Source: Heteronotia binoei
Lineage: Eukaryota
Direction: 5' to 3'
Length of the DNA: 64,000 nucleotides
NCBI RefSeq assembly: GCF_032191835.1
Contig: NC_083223.1
Span: 52,142,001-52,206,000, forward strand
In this document: positions 1 to 21,699 of the stretch, in pieces
Numbering within the stretch: position 1 is the stretch's first letter
Layout: each line of letters begins with the position of its first letter
Translations under genes and position numbers: made by a program
The notes under the pieces: model-generated
Databases searched by the model: none
What the model was told of the DNA's origin: nothing
Seen by the model: only the letters and a program-made list of their open reading frames with translations

Positions 1-407
1 GTTTTAATCATATAATCCTTCCTAGAATAGTGCTTCACAAAGCATAGATCCAAAAATCTCACTTTATAGGACTTGTGATGACCGAGGATTCAAGGTACCT
101 TGATTAACACTAGATGATCTCAGAAGAAACATTCTTTTCTGGGAATGAAGCAATAAAATCAGATTTCTATGAGCAGATGAGTTTCCCTTTAAGGGGACCA
201 ACAGCCAGGGTGAAGATGACCATTTACCTACATGCCAGGAAATGGCTAGACAGATGGCTATTTGGATATTGGTATACAGAAGATTTGGTAATATGAGCCT
301 GGTTATGATTAGAGAAAAGATGCAAGGCAGCACATCCTCCAATCTAATTTCAGGATAGGTCAAAGAGAAACCCTCCCAGTTGGTATAGGAAAAGTCTGGA
401 TATACTG

Positions 408-675
408 AAGAAGAAGAAGAATTGCAGATTTATACCCCACCCTTCTCTCTGTATCAGAGACTCAGAGCAGCTTACAATCTCCTCCCCCCACAACAGACAC
501 CCTGTGAGGTGGGTGGGGCTGAGAGGGCTCTCACAGCAGCTGCCCTTTCAAGGACAACCTCTGCCAGAGCTATGGCTGACCCAAGGCCATTCCAGCAGCT
601 GCAAGTGGAGGAGTGGGGAATCAAACCTGGTTCTCCCAGGTAAGAGTCCATGCACTTAACCACTACACCAAACTG
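408..675 (-). mobile_element. Squam3-type tRNA SINE
   Basis: Reverse complement begins cagtttggtgtagtggttaagtgc...ctcttacctgggagaaccagg; (TCT)n tail. Confidence 0.85.
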
Positions 676-701
676 AAGGGTGCACAAGCCAAGAACTAGG
701 G

Positions 702-840
702 CAGGGCTGGCCAACGGTAGCTCTCCAGATGTTTTTTGCCTACAACTCCCATCAGCCCCAGCCAGCATGGCCAATGGCTGAGGCTGATGGGAGTTGTAGG
801 CAAAAAAAAACATCTGGAGAGCTACCATTGGCCACCCCTG
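702..840. mobile_element. Palindromic hAT-like MITE, about 140 bp
   Basis: Near-perfect fold-back; TSD AACTAGGG/AACTAGGA; second copy at 62152-62294. Confidence 0.85.
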
Positions 841-2385
841 AACTAGGAAATGGGGGACAAGTGGAGGGAAGCCTTTCTTGGCCAGTTTTTCTTTTCAAAG
901 TTCCAGTGGGCTTGCACTCATTCCATGGAAGAAAATAATAGCAAGCATACAACATAGTTTCATGTTTTTTTTCTGTTTTCGTAGTCCTATAATACCCTGT
1001 AGTGTTTTGATATAGTGTTCAATATGACTTTGTGCTTTAGTGAACTGAGATTTTAAAAATCGTAAATAAATAATTTTTTTTTCCTTTTTAAAGATCTCAA
1101 ATCATGTCGAAAAGGTTTCACCCAGAACACCTGGCAGTTTGGTCATGCACAGACCAGAAGCACTTGACTGGGGTACAGACAGCAGGCCAGGAAGAAGGGG
1201 GCACACAGTGGTTCACACACTCTATCAGAGCCTCTATCAGCACCTCAGGCCATGGACAGCAAAAGAAAGAGTAGCCCTTGAGCAGTGGTCACTATCAGAG
1301 TAAGGCAAGAGAGGGGGAGGTAAGTGGGACAAATATTCTCACACACCTGCAACCACTCCCACTGCCTTTCATAGACTCTTGGGCAAGGAAGGAGGATTGA
1401 GGATCAGGTTATTACAGCACTCAGCCAGCCAGTGTGGCAGGCTGATTAAACAGTCAAGATTAGGATATGAGACACCCAGATCCATACTCTACCTTGAAGC
1501 TTTCTGAGTGACCTTGGGCCAGTTGCACACTTTCACACAACCCACCTAACAGGGTTGGTTGTAAGGACAGAATGATTTACACCCTACTGAGCTCCTTGGA
1601 AGACAAGTGAGGGAAATGTTCTACAATAATAAACTATGGAACATGGCTTGTAGTAGAAGGAACAGCTATGGACACAGGCCAAGTACTTAAATAGTAGCAG
1701 GAACAGCTATGCGCATAACCCAAGTATGCACTGTGAAATAATCACAATCAGCAGTCAATTATTGTTAAGAGGTCCTCAGTGAAGCTATACATCCAGGTAG
1801 CTGTGAGCAATTTACCTCTCCATTGTGCTCTTCCCGATAGGAAGCCAGAAGCAGAGGGGCGGGGAAGGGGAGCCTACTGAAGGTGCCCCTCTGCAATTGG
1901 ATAAAAAGTGTGCATGTGCATGAAAGCTTATACCTTGAATAAAACTTTGTTGGTCCTAAAGGTGCCACTGGACTCAAATTTCAGACCAACACAGCTACCC
2001 GCCTGACTCTACCAGCCATACTCTGATGTGGATCTCACTTTGTGGAATGACCAGCCTGGGGAGGTCAGGAAAGCTCCTGCACTCCTATCATTCCACAGAA
2101 TTTATAGAACAGAATTGTCCAGGAGGGCCCTTATAGGGGGAATAGGATCTCATTTAGGGTCTGCAGAATTTAAGGTTGCTTTTGTTACTTTTTGTTTTGT
2201 ACTACATTGCTCCACTAATTCTGTAAACCAGTTTTGTGGCACTGTTGTGTGTGTTATACTGCATTTAGTGCACTCTCTAATTTGTATAATCCCATTTTAT
2301 CGGACTCTTGGTTGTTATGTGCAATCCTGCTTTTTGTGTTGTTTTTGAAGTTCCCTGAGTCTCAGTGAGAAAGGAATACTCTAAA

Positions 2386-2897
2386 GCAGAGGTCCCCAAC
2401 CACTGGGCTGCAGACCTGTACCAGTCCGTGGCCTGCTAGTAACAGCCCCGCAGTCTCTTTCACCCACCTGGGATCTGGGCAGATGAAAGAGGCAGCATGG
2501 CCTCACTCACTCCAAAGCAGCAGGGAGGCAGCCTTGGAGCAAGGCTACACCGCCTCTTATGTCTGCCTGGGTACCAGGCTGGCAGAGGGGGCAGCTCTGC
2601 TGCAACCTTAGCCTACCTTCATTTATGGACCCCTGCCGATCAGAAGATCAGCAGGGGTCTTTAAATGGGAGGGGGAGGCTGATTGGCCTTCTGCTGCCTG
2701 GCTACCTAGTGGGGAGGCCAGAAACAGTCCCAGTCTCTCCCCACCCCATTTAAAGACCCCCATGTGGGCAGGAATGGGCATGGGTTTGGGATCAGTCAGG
2801 AGTGGCAAAAACCCCAGTGCCATTCCACCCCCCACCCCCCCAGTCTGTGGTAAAATTGTCTTCCAGGAACCCGGTCCCTGGTGCCAAAAAGGTTGGG
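2386..2897. mobile_element. hAT-like MITE (family of 20493-20982, opposite orientation)
   Basis: gcagaggtccccaacc...ggtccctggtgccaaaaaggttggg. Confidence 0.7.
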
Positions 2898-3764
2898 AAG
2901 TAAATACACTCCTTTTGCTGACTACCCACTGACATCTGAGGTTTCCCACACGCCTTCCTTCCAATCTAACTTTTTAAAAGTCTCATTGATACTTAACTTT
3001 TACAACATGTTTCATACCTACTCTGTATCTTTTCATTCTAACTACTTCTCAAGATTCTGGCCAATAAGAACACTTTGACAGGCAGGGATTAAGCCAAAGG
3101 AAAAACAAACTACGCCAAGAATATTCCACACTCCATTTTTTTCCGCAGTCCAAACATATGTGGATTAGCTCTGCGGGGAATGCAGCCCACATCCTTGCAA
3201 CCCCAGCTCTATGAAACGGGGGGAAGCACATTTCTCATTTTTGTTATTTCTGACTAGATCTATTAACTGGTTGTTATGAAGAACAGCAGCCAGTTTTGTC
3301 CCCCCCCACACACATACACCACTTTGTGCTTGCTTTATGTTCTCTACAACATCCAGTAAAATACGTTGCACGATCTTCTATAAAAGCGCAGAGACGTGCC
3401 TGCTATTTTAAAATTGTTAACCACCAACGCCAGAAAACACAGCCAAACAATGCAAAGAACAAGCATCCATTTCGGTTTGTTTTGCTGGTTTACGTATGCT
3501 TCATTTGACTTTTCCATAAGTGTTGATGTGTTAAGACAAAACGCACGTTAAGCACGCATTAGGTTAACAAAATCGCAAAGGCTTCAGACAACAGTATGAG
3601 CCTCAGCTCTGTTCTGAATACAATGGCATCTTGATAGTTTCCAACGGGAAACCACCCTCTGACACTCAGGGCCCCGAAGTTGCTGCTCACTCCTGTTCAG
3701 CGCACATTTGCTGCCCCACCCCGCCCTACATCAGCTTCTCTCAGACACTGAAAGCATCACTTAC

Positions 3765-3830
3765 CTTATGATTGTTGAGAAAACAGGGACTGCGTTGCAG
3801 CCTGTGCCTGAGCAGACACTGTATATATGA
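3765..3830 (-). promoter_or_regulatory. Possible TATA promoter and non-coding first exon of the next gene (COLEC11 by vertebrate synteny)
   Basis: TATATA at 3822-3827 and a perfect donor AAG|GTAAGT at 3765/3764 on the minus strand; no coding exon is seen in the window. Confidence 0.35.
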
Positions 3831-5169
3831 ACCTCATTGCTCCTATTGCCAGACGCTCAGTCACTTGGAAACCCAAAGGCAACCGTCTTCTGCTCGACAT
3901 TCAGCAAATCAGGCCCAACACAGTTACAAGCGTTATCTGTAAACAGCTTCCTGTTTGAAACAGCTCAGCTGTCCAGGAGGACAGTAATTAGGAGCAAAAT
4001 GTGTGGGAACGCTAGAGGCCCATGATGTAAGCTGCTTCTTTTGGCCATGCACTTTTTTGGAAAGGCAAAAATGCCTCTCTGTTCACAATTCCACTTCCCA
4101 TGAAAAGAAACCCTTTCAGGCCAGCCCTCATGCAGTAATGTAAACAGGATCCCACTGGAGCAAATGTTCTGTTATTTTACTTTTATTTTGAGCCACGCAA
4201 AAACATGTCGCAGCTATCGTTCTCAAGCTTGAAAACCATTCTATAACAGGTCAAATTCACCCTACTACTTTGGACTAGAGGTAGAGGTTTATACTTGCAA
4301 TTTTTAAAAATTAATTTCCCCTCATGTAGGTGGTTTGCATAAGTTTCTTATAACCCTATTGTGCCACTTTAAAGTGTGCAGGGAGTTGATTTTGTTTACA
4401 GGGGACAGCACTAAAACAGTATGACCCCCTCCATTTGTAGTTTGAAATGCTACCACCCAACCCTCTTCATCTATCATTTAATTCTGTCTAAAGTGGCTTC
4501 TGTAATATAGTCTTCACAGGAGAGACAGATGCAAATGTACTCTGTCCCTGGAGGGTGGTCACATCCATTCTCCTATACAGATTGCTGCCTGCCCTCCATA
4601 TTAGAAAAAGGCAGCCCAGATGCCTTTGAAAGATACTAAGTGCACTGCAGAGCTCCTACTCTGTTTCCCAGGAGCTACAATTGGCGAGGGGGGGGGGAAG
4701 GTCAACTTTCTGTAGTCACTTCCTATTAAGAGGTCACTGAGGTCAGCAATTTGGAGATGCTTGCTGCATGGTGTTACTCAAGTGACCACTGTAATGATGG
4801 TCCACAAAGAATAGTAGTGAAATGAAATAGTGTGACGTGAAAGAGTATGAAGATTTAAGTTTGCATGGGGAACAATTAACCGGGAAAATACTGGCTGTCA
4901 TACACACTTTTTACCAGTTGTCTCATATACAGCTTGTCCCAACATGTAAAGAGCAACATATATGCAGAGTACACTTTACTTTGCATGAAATATACCACAT
5001 AGAACTGGACAGAGGGGAAAGACCGATTCCTAACAAACAGTATGTGGTTTTCGTGCCCTGCCATTGAAGATCATGTTACAAACACTGAAACACCGCTGCA
5101 TATACTTCTCTGCAGATACTAGTGTTGTCAACTCCAATGCCTTGATATTTGGAGGCAGCACCTGGAGAC

Positions 5170-5452
5170 AAGAGCCCCGTGGCTGCAGTACTGCAGTCCA
5201 AGCTCTGCTCACAACCTGAGTTCAATGCCGGCAAAAGCTGGGTTCAGGTAGCTGGCTCAAGGTTGACTCAGCCTTCCATCCTTCCGAGGTCGGTAAAATG
5301 AGTACCCAGCTTGCTACAGGTAAAGTGTAGATGACTGGGAAGGCAACAGCAAACCACCCTGTAAAAAGTCTGCCAAAAAAATGTCATGATGTGATCTCCC
5401 CATGGGTTGGTAACAGCTCCATGTTTGCAGAGGATTACCTTTACCTTTTCTT
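5170..5452 (+). mobile_element. Sauria-type SINE with RTE/BovB-like tail
   Basis: gagccccgtggctgcagtactgcagtccaagctctgctcac...gggaaggcaacagcaaaccaccc...tacctttacc. Confidence 0.75.
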
Positions 5453-7559
5453 TCTTTTTTTAACCTGGAGATAGGTGGAAGTTCCATGAGCATAGAATGC
5501 CATAGAGCTTACCCTCTGAAGCTGTTATTTCCACCAGGAGAAACTGATCTCTGAAGTGTGGAGATGAAAAATTCTGGAAGAACTCTAGGATCCACAAGTT
5601 AGTAACTTATGAATAATAGGAACTTGGTGATAAATCAAGATAGGCAGCCATGTTTGTCTGTCTGGAGCAGTAGAAAAGAGGAGTCCAGAAGTACCTTAAA
5701 GACTAACAAAAAGAGCTTGGTACAGAACCATAGTGAGATAACATATTCACTCCAAGATTCCTTGTGCTAGAGGAGAGGACTTGCTGGGCAATGGAATCCA
5801 GAGGGAAGTTCTAAGGCCTATTTGTCAGAGATGGGGGTGGGGGAGAATACATAAAATAAAAACTGAGACTCCTCTTTGTACTCCTCTTTGTTGCTGTGTA
5901 ATATAAAATAAAAATGTTAAGTCTATGACTGCTTCCAAAGGTCACCAACTCGACAAAAGCCTTCCATGATAGAGGTGCAGTGACTTGAATATTTACATTC
6001 AGGAATCCTTTCAGCACATCTTCCTCAAAGTTATCAGTAAATATTGGTAAGTCTACAATTCTGGGGGCAGTTGAACTTGTAGGTTCCATTCCATGGCACA
6101 CTTGTTGAACTCATGAAATGCAGCTGAAAAGGAGGCAAATTTGAGGACTTGTATATGTACTAATTACATCTTTAAGTATCAAATTTGATCTGTTTCAGCC
6201 ATTTGTATGCAATTTAGTTTGCCACACCACACTAAATTTCAGGTTGAAGCCATGCACACAAGAGTATCATATTTGAAGGTTTCTGAGATGGAACTAGCAA
6301 AAAAGCAGGATCTCAGTATAAAATTACTTGGACCTGCTTTGGGCCAAGAATCCAATTACTACCAGCAGATTCTTGATTTTGTGCCTAGAGATTTTGTAAG
6401 GGTAGGGTAGGGTCAATGGACAACTATGTGATGGACTCAAGGGCTCTCCAGAACAGCAGCATTCCCAGCAGACTCATTAAAACTTGGGCAGAGAACTTCC
6501 CACAGTGGCACTAGGAACTTTTTATGTTTGACTTTAAACAATGTATATTCTAGGCAAGCAATGCTACATTCTGAGACCTCAAATTAATAAACTTTGCAGA
6601 AGGGGAGACTGCCATCCTGAGAGACTGTTGCTTTATAACATTAGAAAGGTTTTAGTGGGAAAATGTCTCTTGGTAGTTCCCGCTAAAGAAATCTCAAAGC
6701 ACATCAGCCAGCTGGGATCGAAGAGTTTCTTTTGGCTGCAGTTCTGGGAAAAAGGACAAATTCATCTTGCATGCATCTTTCCATTCCCAGTTCAAATACT
6801 CAAAATCTGAAGTTCTTGGATCACCAAGTATGGAAAGCCAAAAGAAAAAACAGACCAAGTAACCTCATAATTATGATTAGCAGAATCCAAGCTGAAGTTC
6901 AGAGCCCTTTTGCCTAAGAAAATGGAGGATGTTCTTTGAAAGAATATAGCATAGCCCATAACATTGGTTTTTTGTGTCCACTTTTGGATAAAGGAACAGC
7001 GCTTGCCTTGTAACCAACTGAAATTCAGAGTCCATTGCACAGGTGTGAAACTCATTCATTTCGAGGGCTAGATCTGACATAAATATCACTTTGTTGGACT
7101 GGGCCATAATGTGCTATAAAATATACGGTAATACAAGGTACTGGAGATATAAACTTTATAAAGATGATTTCAGATGCCAAATGGCAATTTCAGGTGAATG
7201 ACAATAGCAGGCTTGATTGGATTAGGTGTGATATGCAGAGGGGTAGTGGGTGTAGATACCAGCATTGGTAATGAGACAGGAAATCTAGGTCTCAATTTGG
7301 TCCAGGAGGATTCAAAGAATAAAGGGACATTAGAAACCACAACATTAAAAAAGTAAAACATTTAACTTTCCAGTACTTTCTGCTGCTGACCTAAGAGTCA
7401 GCAAAGGAATTTCAAAGGGAGATTAGAGACTGCTGAATTCCAACTGATAATGAAGCTCTAGACAATGCATCTTCCAGGACTGAACCAAGACCTACGTTTC
7501 CTCTCTTATTACCAACACCTGCTATTATCATCTGAAATCATTCCAATCTCCAGGTTATA

Positions 7560-7665
7560 AGAACCAATAGACTCATATTCTACTTGCATCTGAAGAAGTG
7601 AGCGGTGACTCATGAAAGCTCATGCCCTGCCACATATTGTTAGGTGCTACTGGACTCCTGCTCCT
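7560..7665 (+). mobile_element. Penelope-like element terminal fragment carrying a minimal hammerhead-like motif
   Basis: GCAT-CTGAAGA-A-GTGAG(cggtga)CTCAT-GAAA-GCTC-ATGC followed by ...taggtgctactggactcc; related fragments at about 1905, 21065, 33380, 43850, 52240, 57720 and 63955. Confidence 0.65.
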
Positions 7666-9858
7666 TTTCACTAATCAAGATGTGTGTTGTTAGAATTCTT
7701 TTTTGCCCCTTCATCTGTTTAAACTGGAGAGGTGGATCTCTCTAAGTGAAATAATGTGATGACTTCTGACTGAGCAAAATCCACTCAGTGCTAGCGATAA
7801 TAATGAAACAAAGGAGAAGTGAAGAAAGGCAGCCAGCAAGGTGGTAGGGGAGAAAGGGAGACATGTTGAACTAGAACATATGGAACCATTAGACGTCTAT
7901 TTCCAGTCATTAAATAACGAAATCCAATCCAAGTGTTTTAATTCCTAATCAGGGTCTTTTAGAAAGAAAATAAAACCAGAAATCTGCTCTGCATCATTTA
8001 CGGAGGCTTGACCTGACAGGGATTGCCCTCTTGACGTGTCTCCCGCCCGGGGGCTGTCCACAGGAGCTGCAGCCACAGTTTGGGACTCACGGCATCTATC
8101 AGTCATTGTTTGCGCCAAAAAATCGCCCCTAAAATGGCTGCTGCCATTAGCGATGCGCTGTGAAGGGGGAGACTCTGTCGCGCCCGTTGGAGAGGCTGAA
8201 CACTTCTGCCCGCGGTGAACTGAGCCACCTTTGCGGGAACTGTTGCCGGGAACTGAAACAAGCTGGGAAGACATGTCGGTGCCGGTTTCTTCCTCCACGG
8301 CTTCAGCTTGAGAGCCAGGAGCAGGCGTGTCCTCCAGGAAGTTGTCCCTGAAGCGATCCATTCGCACCTTTGCGATAATGCGGCTAGTGGGTGTTTTAAA
8401 GAAGCCGCGGTAGTGCTGTTCTCTCATCCCCTTTCTAGAAGCAAAGTATTGGACTGGAAGGAACAGAATAATAAGTGTGGGTCAAAGGAAGAAATTAAGG
8501 AAAAAAGGTAAGTGTTTGAGTAAGGTTGGAAGAGGAAGGAAATAGGAATAAAAGTATACTGGAAAGAATGAAGCTATGGAGCTAAGCTCTAATAGTTGCT
8601 TTCCCTCTCGAGGCAGGAAAGAAACTGAAGCGATGGTGTTCCAGTGCCACAGGAAGAGGAAGCAGATTTTAGTCCTGCCTCCCTGACATGAAGGTGGGGA
8701 ACACCCCATGATGCCCTCCGACTCAGAGGGAGAATTAATCTGCAACATTCTCCAAATTTTGGTCATTCACCATACACATAAAACTCCACGGGATCCATGC
8801 ACATAAAAATCCATCACAAAACACTTTCCTCAGATCATCATCGTTTGTTAATCTGCCTTGAGTCTCAGTGAAAAAAGTGGACTATAAACAAATATTTTAC
8901 ATATGGTTGGATTCAGCAACTGTCTTCTGCTACCCAAGGAGACTGGCTCTGACAGACAAAACTTACTCATTTGGTACAAGGGAGCCTTTCAATCTAACCC
9001 ATTGTCCTACAGGTCAGTTGTAGTTTCCCATCCCTATCCACAGCAGGAGCATGTGACTTCTCTAATTTGCTGTAGAATGATTTTTACATTATTGTGAAGT
9101 GACTGGCCCAAGTGTGTTATTTCAGCTTGACCTAGAGAGATGGTTGTAAAGCATTTTGCACATTAAAAACTCAACAGGAAACAATGACGTGCTCACCTCC
9201 TTCTTTCATCCACCCCAATGCATGAAAGTAGCTCCTTCCTTCCTAAAATGTCATGCCATTCACTTCTCACTATGTTAACAGTAAAACCAGTGCATAAAAC
9301 TATACCAGCACTCTACTTGAAAAGCTCTTGATGGCGGATTTTCAAAAGACTGTTTGATTAATCCTGGTAACTGTAGACATTAATCAAGATACTGTCAACA
9401 TTCTCATCTCTACGTAAGTCAGCTAAACATACTGTCTGCCCTGAAGGCATCATGCTCCTTTATCCAACACAGAGGCCAGAAGTTGCATTTTCAGGCTTAA
9501 AGACTTTTAAAAGTATTACGAGGACAGAGAAGCAACCATTACAATTCTTAAGAAATGTTTCCACTATTTTTGGAGGAAAACTTTTGATGTTCTTTGACTA
9601 TTACGTAACAATCAAGGGCACAGATCTGCTGCAAGTTTATATGTTTTTTAAATCCAACTTTTCAGGAAGTTCTTAAATTGCCAGTGCACGTGGCACAATA
9701 TACAAATAACGGAAGCCTTATGGTTACCTACCTCCAGTAGCTGCAAACCTGTCACTTGGGACCTTTAGTTTCCATAGCTAAACCTTACAGCTAACACCCC
9801 TCTCTTCCAAGATGTTTTAATAAAAGACATTCCTTTCAAGAGATTTAACAATTAACTG

Positions 9859-9864
9859 TTTATT
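9859..9864 (-). terminator. RPS7 polyadenylation signal AATAAA
   Basis: AATAAA on the minus strand 19 nt after the stop codon, typical of short RP 3' UTRs. Confidence 0.85.
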
Positions 9865-9882
9865 CAGTCATTTCTTTGCACT

Positions 9883-18081
<8,199 letters not shown>

Positions 18082-19567
18082 TCAGAGATTGATGTTAAGA
18101 ACAATTTCCTCCTTCCAATAAACAAAGCAAATGACTGAGGTCCTTGATGATATGCAAGCAGAATCCCAAGTCTGTAAGTCAGACAACTGTCTTGCTACAT
18201 TGCAGCTTTGCTGACTTGAACATTATTGGAGCAATAAATGGCAAATAAAGCCACTATCAGCAGTTAAGCTACACGCAAGAAAAAGCCTAGAGGTTGTGAG
18301 CACACAACACTAGCAAGAAGCCCTGGTTCTACTTGCAACTGATATGTGAGTTCACTGGGTTGCCTCAGGAGAAACACCATTTACTGTGGCTTCAGCCTTC
18401 CACACACACTACCCTCCTTGTAACATCCACTTCACAAATTTGCTGCCACAGCTGCTAAGACTATCAAGTGAAAAGTTTAATATGAATACAAGAAGTGTTG
18501 CTGTACGTAAACACAACAGAGATTACCACCCCCCAGGACACTCCAGACAAGTAGTCACACAGCACACGACATAGCTGAGCAGTGATGAACTCTCAGATGC
18601 TGCATTTCAGCTTCTGAGGAGCCCCATAATATGAGGCACCGCAGGTCAAATATCAGTGAAGTGTAGTGCTCTACCGAGGAAGTGCTGGATTCAAATCCTT
18701 ACTTGCCATGAAACTCACTAGGTGAACTACCCAGTTATTCTCTCCCTCAGCCTAGCTCACCTCAACAGGATAAAATGAACTAATGGATAACTATGTACAC
18801 TACTGTGAGCACATTGAGAGACAAAAAAGACAAGAATAGCACAACTAAAACCACTCTCAAGCCCCCCTAAAGCTCTAATAACTGCTGTAATGATCCTGAC
18901 TTCTTGTCTTGGATTGTAATAAACTGTTGATCGAACAACTGCGGTATGGCCAATCCCGACACAGCATGTGATCCCCACCTAACCTGGAAACACTACAAGC
19001 TGCGCATCCGCACACCCTCCTCTCCAGGCGGCATGCCAGAGCTATCAGTTTTGCCGACCATGTGTTATTGCTGCCGCCAGAGAAGAAAAGGGGAAGCCGC
19101 TGGGAAGGGACTGACTGACCGGCCTTCATCTTTTTTTCAGATGCTCAGCTAAGAAAGCTATTCTTGCCTTGTCAGCTGCCTGCTAAAAGGGCGCTTAAGG
19201 GGGGCCAGCCCCAGCCTCCGTGGTCGTTTCAGCAGAGGAGCCCATGCAGCCAGAGTCACAGTCAGAGCTTCGCGAGCAACACCTTGGGAAGCCCCCTGCA
19301 GCCTCCATAGCTCAGGCAGGCCAAGAACGCCGTCCTGCTCCCCCCGCGCCGGCGGTGAGGCCTTCCCAAAGCCGCCCCTCTCCCAGCGCCAGCCAGCGCA
19401 GGATCCGGCTCAATCCCCGGCGCAGGTCAGCCATCGGGGGCTGAAGGGCGGCGAATCGGGCGTATCCCGAGGCAGACCGCTCAGACAGCCGAGCTCCCCT
19501 CAACTCAGCACAATATTACCGGAGCCGCGACGGAAAAACCCCGCCACCCTCCAAGCCGGGCCCCAAT

Positions 19568-19740
19568 GGATGGCACCTACCTCTTGCAGCGCCGGCCTAA
19601 GGAAGAGGAAGAGCTATCGCGAGAACACCAAAAGAGCCCTTGCCCGGGAAACGGGCAGCTCCACCCACCTATCGCCTTGAAGCCACACCCGGAAATGGGT
19701 AACCGCTTCCGACCTTATTTGAGCTCTGGGGCGGAAGTTG
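19568..19740 (-). promoter_or_regulatory. RPS7 core promoter with ETS/GABP-like and YY1-like motifs
   Basis: CCGGAAAT 19689-19696, CTTCCG 19706-19711, GCGGAAGT 19731-19738, GCCATC (minus) 19569-19574; these motifs are typical of vertebrate RP promoters. Confidence 0.65.
19581..19613 (-). promoter_or_regulatory. RPS7: RPS7 non-coding exon 1 with 5' TOP tract
   Basis: Minus strand CTCTTCCTCTTCCTTAGGCCGGCGCTGCAAGAG|GTAGGT: a pyrimidine initiator followed by a donor, in a CpG-rich region. Confidence 0.9.
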
Positions 19741-20610
19741 TGCTTCTCAGGCAGGACCAAGCCGCATTCGACGCAGCAGGAGAAGGAACGAAAAGCGACA
19801 CCAAACTTTGATGTCTGACATTTTCTCCCTTCAAAGTCGAGAAAAGGGGTGGTGGCAGTAGCTGAAGCTAAAGAGTGAATGGCTCTGTAAATGATGAAGA
19901 TGTAATTTAATTTTGTTGATTTTTTTTCTTCTCAGCCCAAGGAAAGTCGCCTGTGTAACTGAGCAAAGTCCTTCAAATTCTGATGAAACGGTAATAATCT
20001 TTCTCTTCTTCACGAAGAGCCTGTCCGTTTGACACCTACATCAACAAAGTGTGTGGGCACGCACACACATAGTGGTATAAAGTAAATATTAATGCCAAAC
20101 AAGGTTATTAAAATCCATACAATCGATTACTTTCAGAGTAGTAGTCGTGTTGAGTCTGTTGCTGTGAAAATAATAAAAATTTCTTATAGCACCTTTAAAC
20201 ATATTTGCAATACTGTCCCACAAATGTTTACTCTAAAGTAGCTACTATCGAGAGAAGCGAGGCTTATTCTCCAGCACAATGATGCTCCATGTGTAGTTGC
20301 TGGTGCCTGCTTGCTTCTTGGAATATTGGGACAACAAACTCTCATTTATTACACTTCACACCCAGGATAACTAATGGGTTTAGTACATGGACATCATTCT
20401 GTTTTATATTACCTTTCATTGTTGTTTCAGCCCAGTTAACGCTAACTAACAAACACCAGACCCCAACTTTTGGTTCTTTTAATTTGCTAAAACAGCAGTC
20501 TCCAACCTTTTTTGGCACCAGGGACCGGTTTTATGGAAGACAATTTATCTATGGACGGGGGTGGGGGGGTGCACAGTGGTTTCGGGATGATACAATTGTG
20601 GACTTTATTT

Positions 20611-20881
20611 TTGTGTGGTGGTTAAGTGTGTGGACGCTTATCTGGGAGAACTGGGTTTGATTCCCCACGCCTCCACTTGCACCTGCTGGAATGGCCTTGG
20701 GTCAGCCATAACTCTCACAGAGTTGTTCTTGAAATAGCAGCTGCTGTGAGATCCCTCTAAGCCCCACCTACCTCAGAGGGTGTGGGGGAGGAAGATAAAG
20801 AAGATTGTGAGCCACTGAGATTTGGAGTGGAGGGCAGGATATAAATCCAGTGTATTATTATTATTATTATTATTGTTATTA
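20611..20881 (+). mobile_element. Squam3-type SINE nested in a hAT MITE (about 20493-20982)
   Basis: gtggttaagtgtgtggacgcttatctgggagaactgggtttgattcc; (TTA)n tail; flanks form cag...tccaacc / ggttggggacccc termini. Confidence 0.8.
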
Positions 20882-21699
20882 CTACATTGTAATATAGAAT
20901 TAAATAATGATACAACTCATGGCCTGGTTGCTAACAGGCCACGGACTGGTACTGGTCCACAGACTGGGGGTTGGGGACCCCAGTGCTAAAAAACATTTCC
21001 ATGACTCTGCATATTAACTCCCTGCCCACTTTCTCTATATTTAGGACTGCTTACCATTCCATACTATCGTCTAATGAAGTGTGCTTAGAGCACATGAAAG
21101 CTTACATTCTGAACAAAACTCTGTTGGTCTTAAAAATGCAACTTGACTTTTGCTTTGTTCTACTGCTTCAGACCAACATGGCTGCCCACCAGGAAAAAAA
21201 AAGTTGGAGATTGAATAAAGGGGGCAGAGACGTGATCCCCATTGGCAGTTGCTGATCCAACTTTTCTGGTCCACCAAGTGTTAGTGTATTCTACTGCAGA
21301 CCTCTTGTTTAAAGTGGACATTGCCCATCTTCCCTTTTCATGTTTACATTTTCTTCCCTGTTTATTAAAAAAATTCTCCAAACATCTCAGCATAAAGAAG
21401 CTCTACATAATAGACACCAGTTGGCTTAATTACTTTTTTTCCCTTTAACAGTAAATTGTGCTACACGCCAGCATCCTCTGAAGAATTGCTACTGTACATA
21501 CAAATTAAGCTCTTCCTCTTATGTTTTTCTTCCAGAAAATGCATAGCCAGAACATGCAAATGATTTAGATATCCTGAAGGGTTCTAAGCTGTACTGATAT
21601 ATCTCATTAAACTGTACTTACAGTTCAGAAAAAGGGACAGTATCATCATAGTCTGATTCTAGTATTGCAAAATGCTTTTCTGCAGCTCCTAGTGCTACA

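Noticed and set aside
64-400. 99-aa minus-strand ORF with faint DIRS/LINE-like character
   Set aside because: No diagnostic motif is recognisable and it is truncated by the window edge and a SINE.
18581-18620. C box (AGTGATGA) and D box (CTGA) pair in RPS7 intron 1
   Set aside because: It is antisense to the host and too short for a C/D snoRNA.
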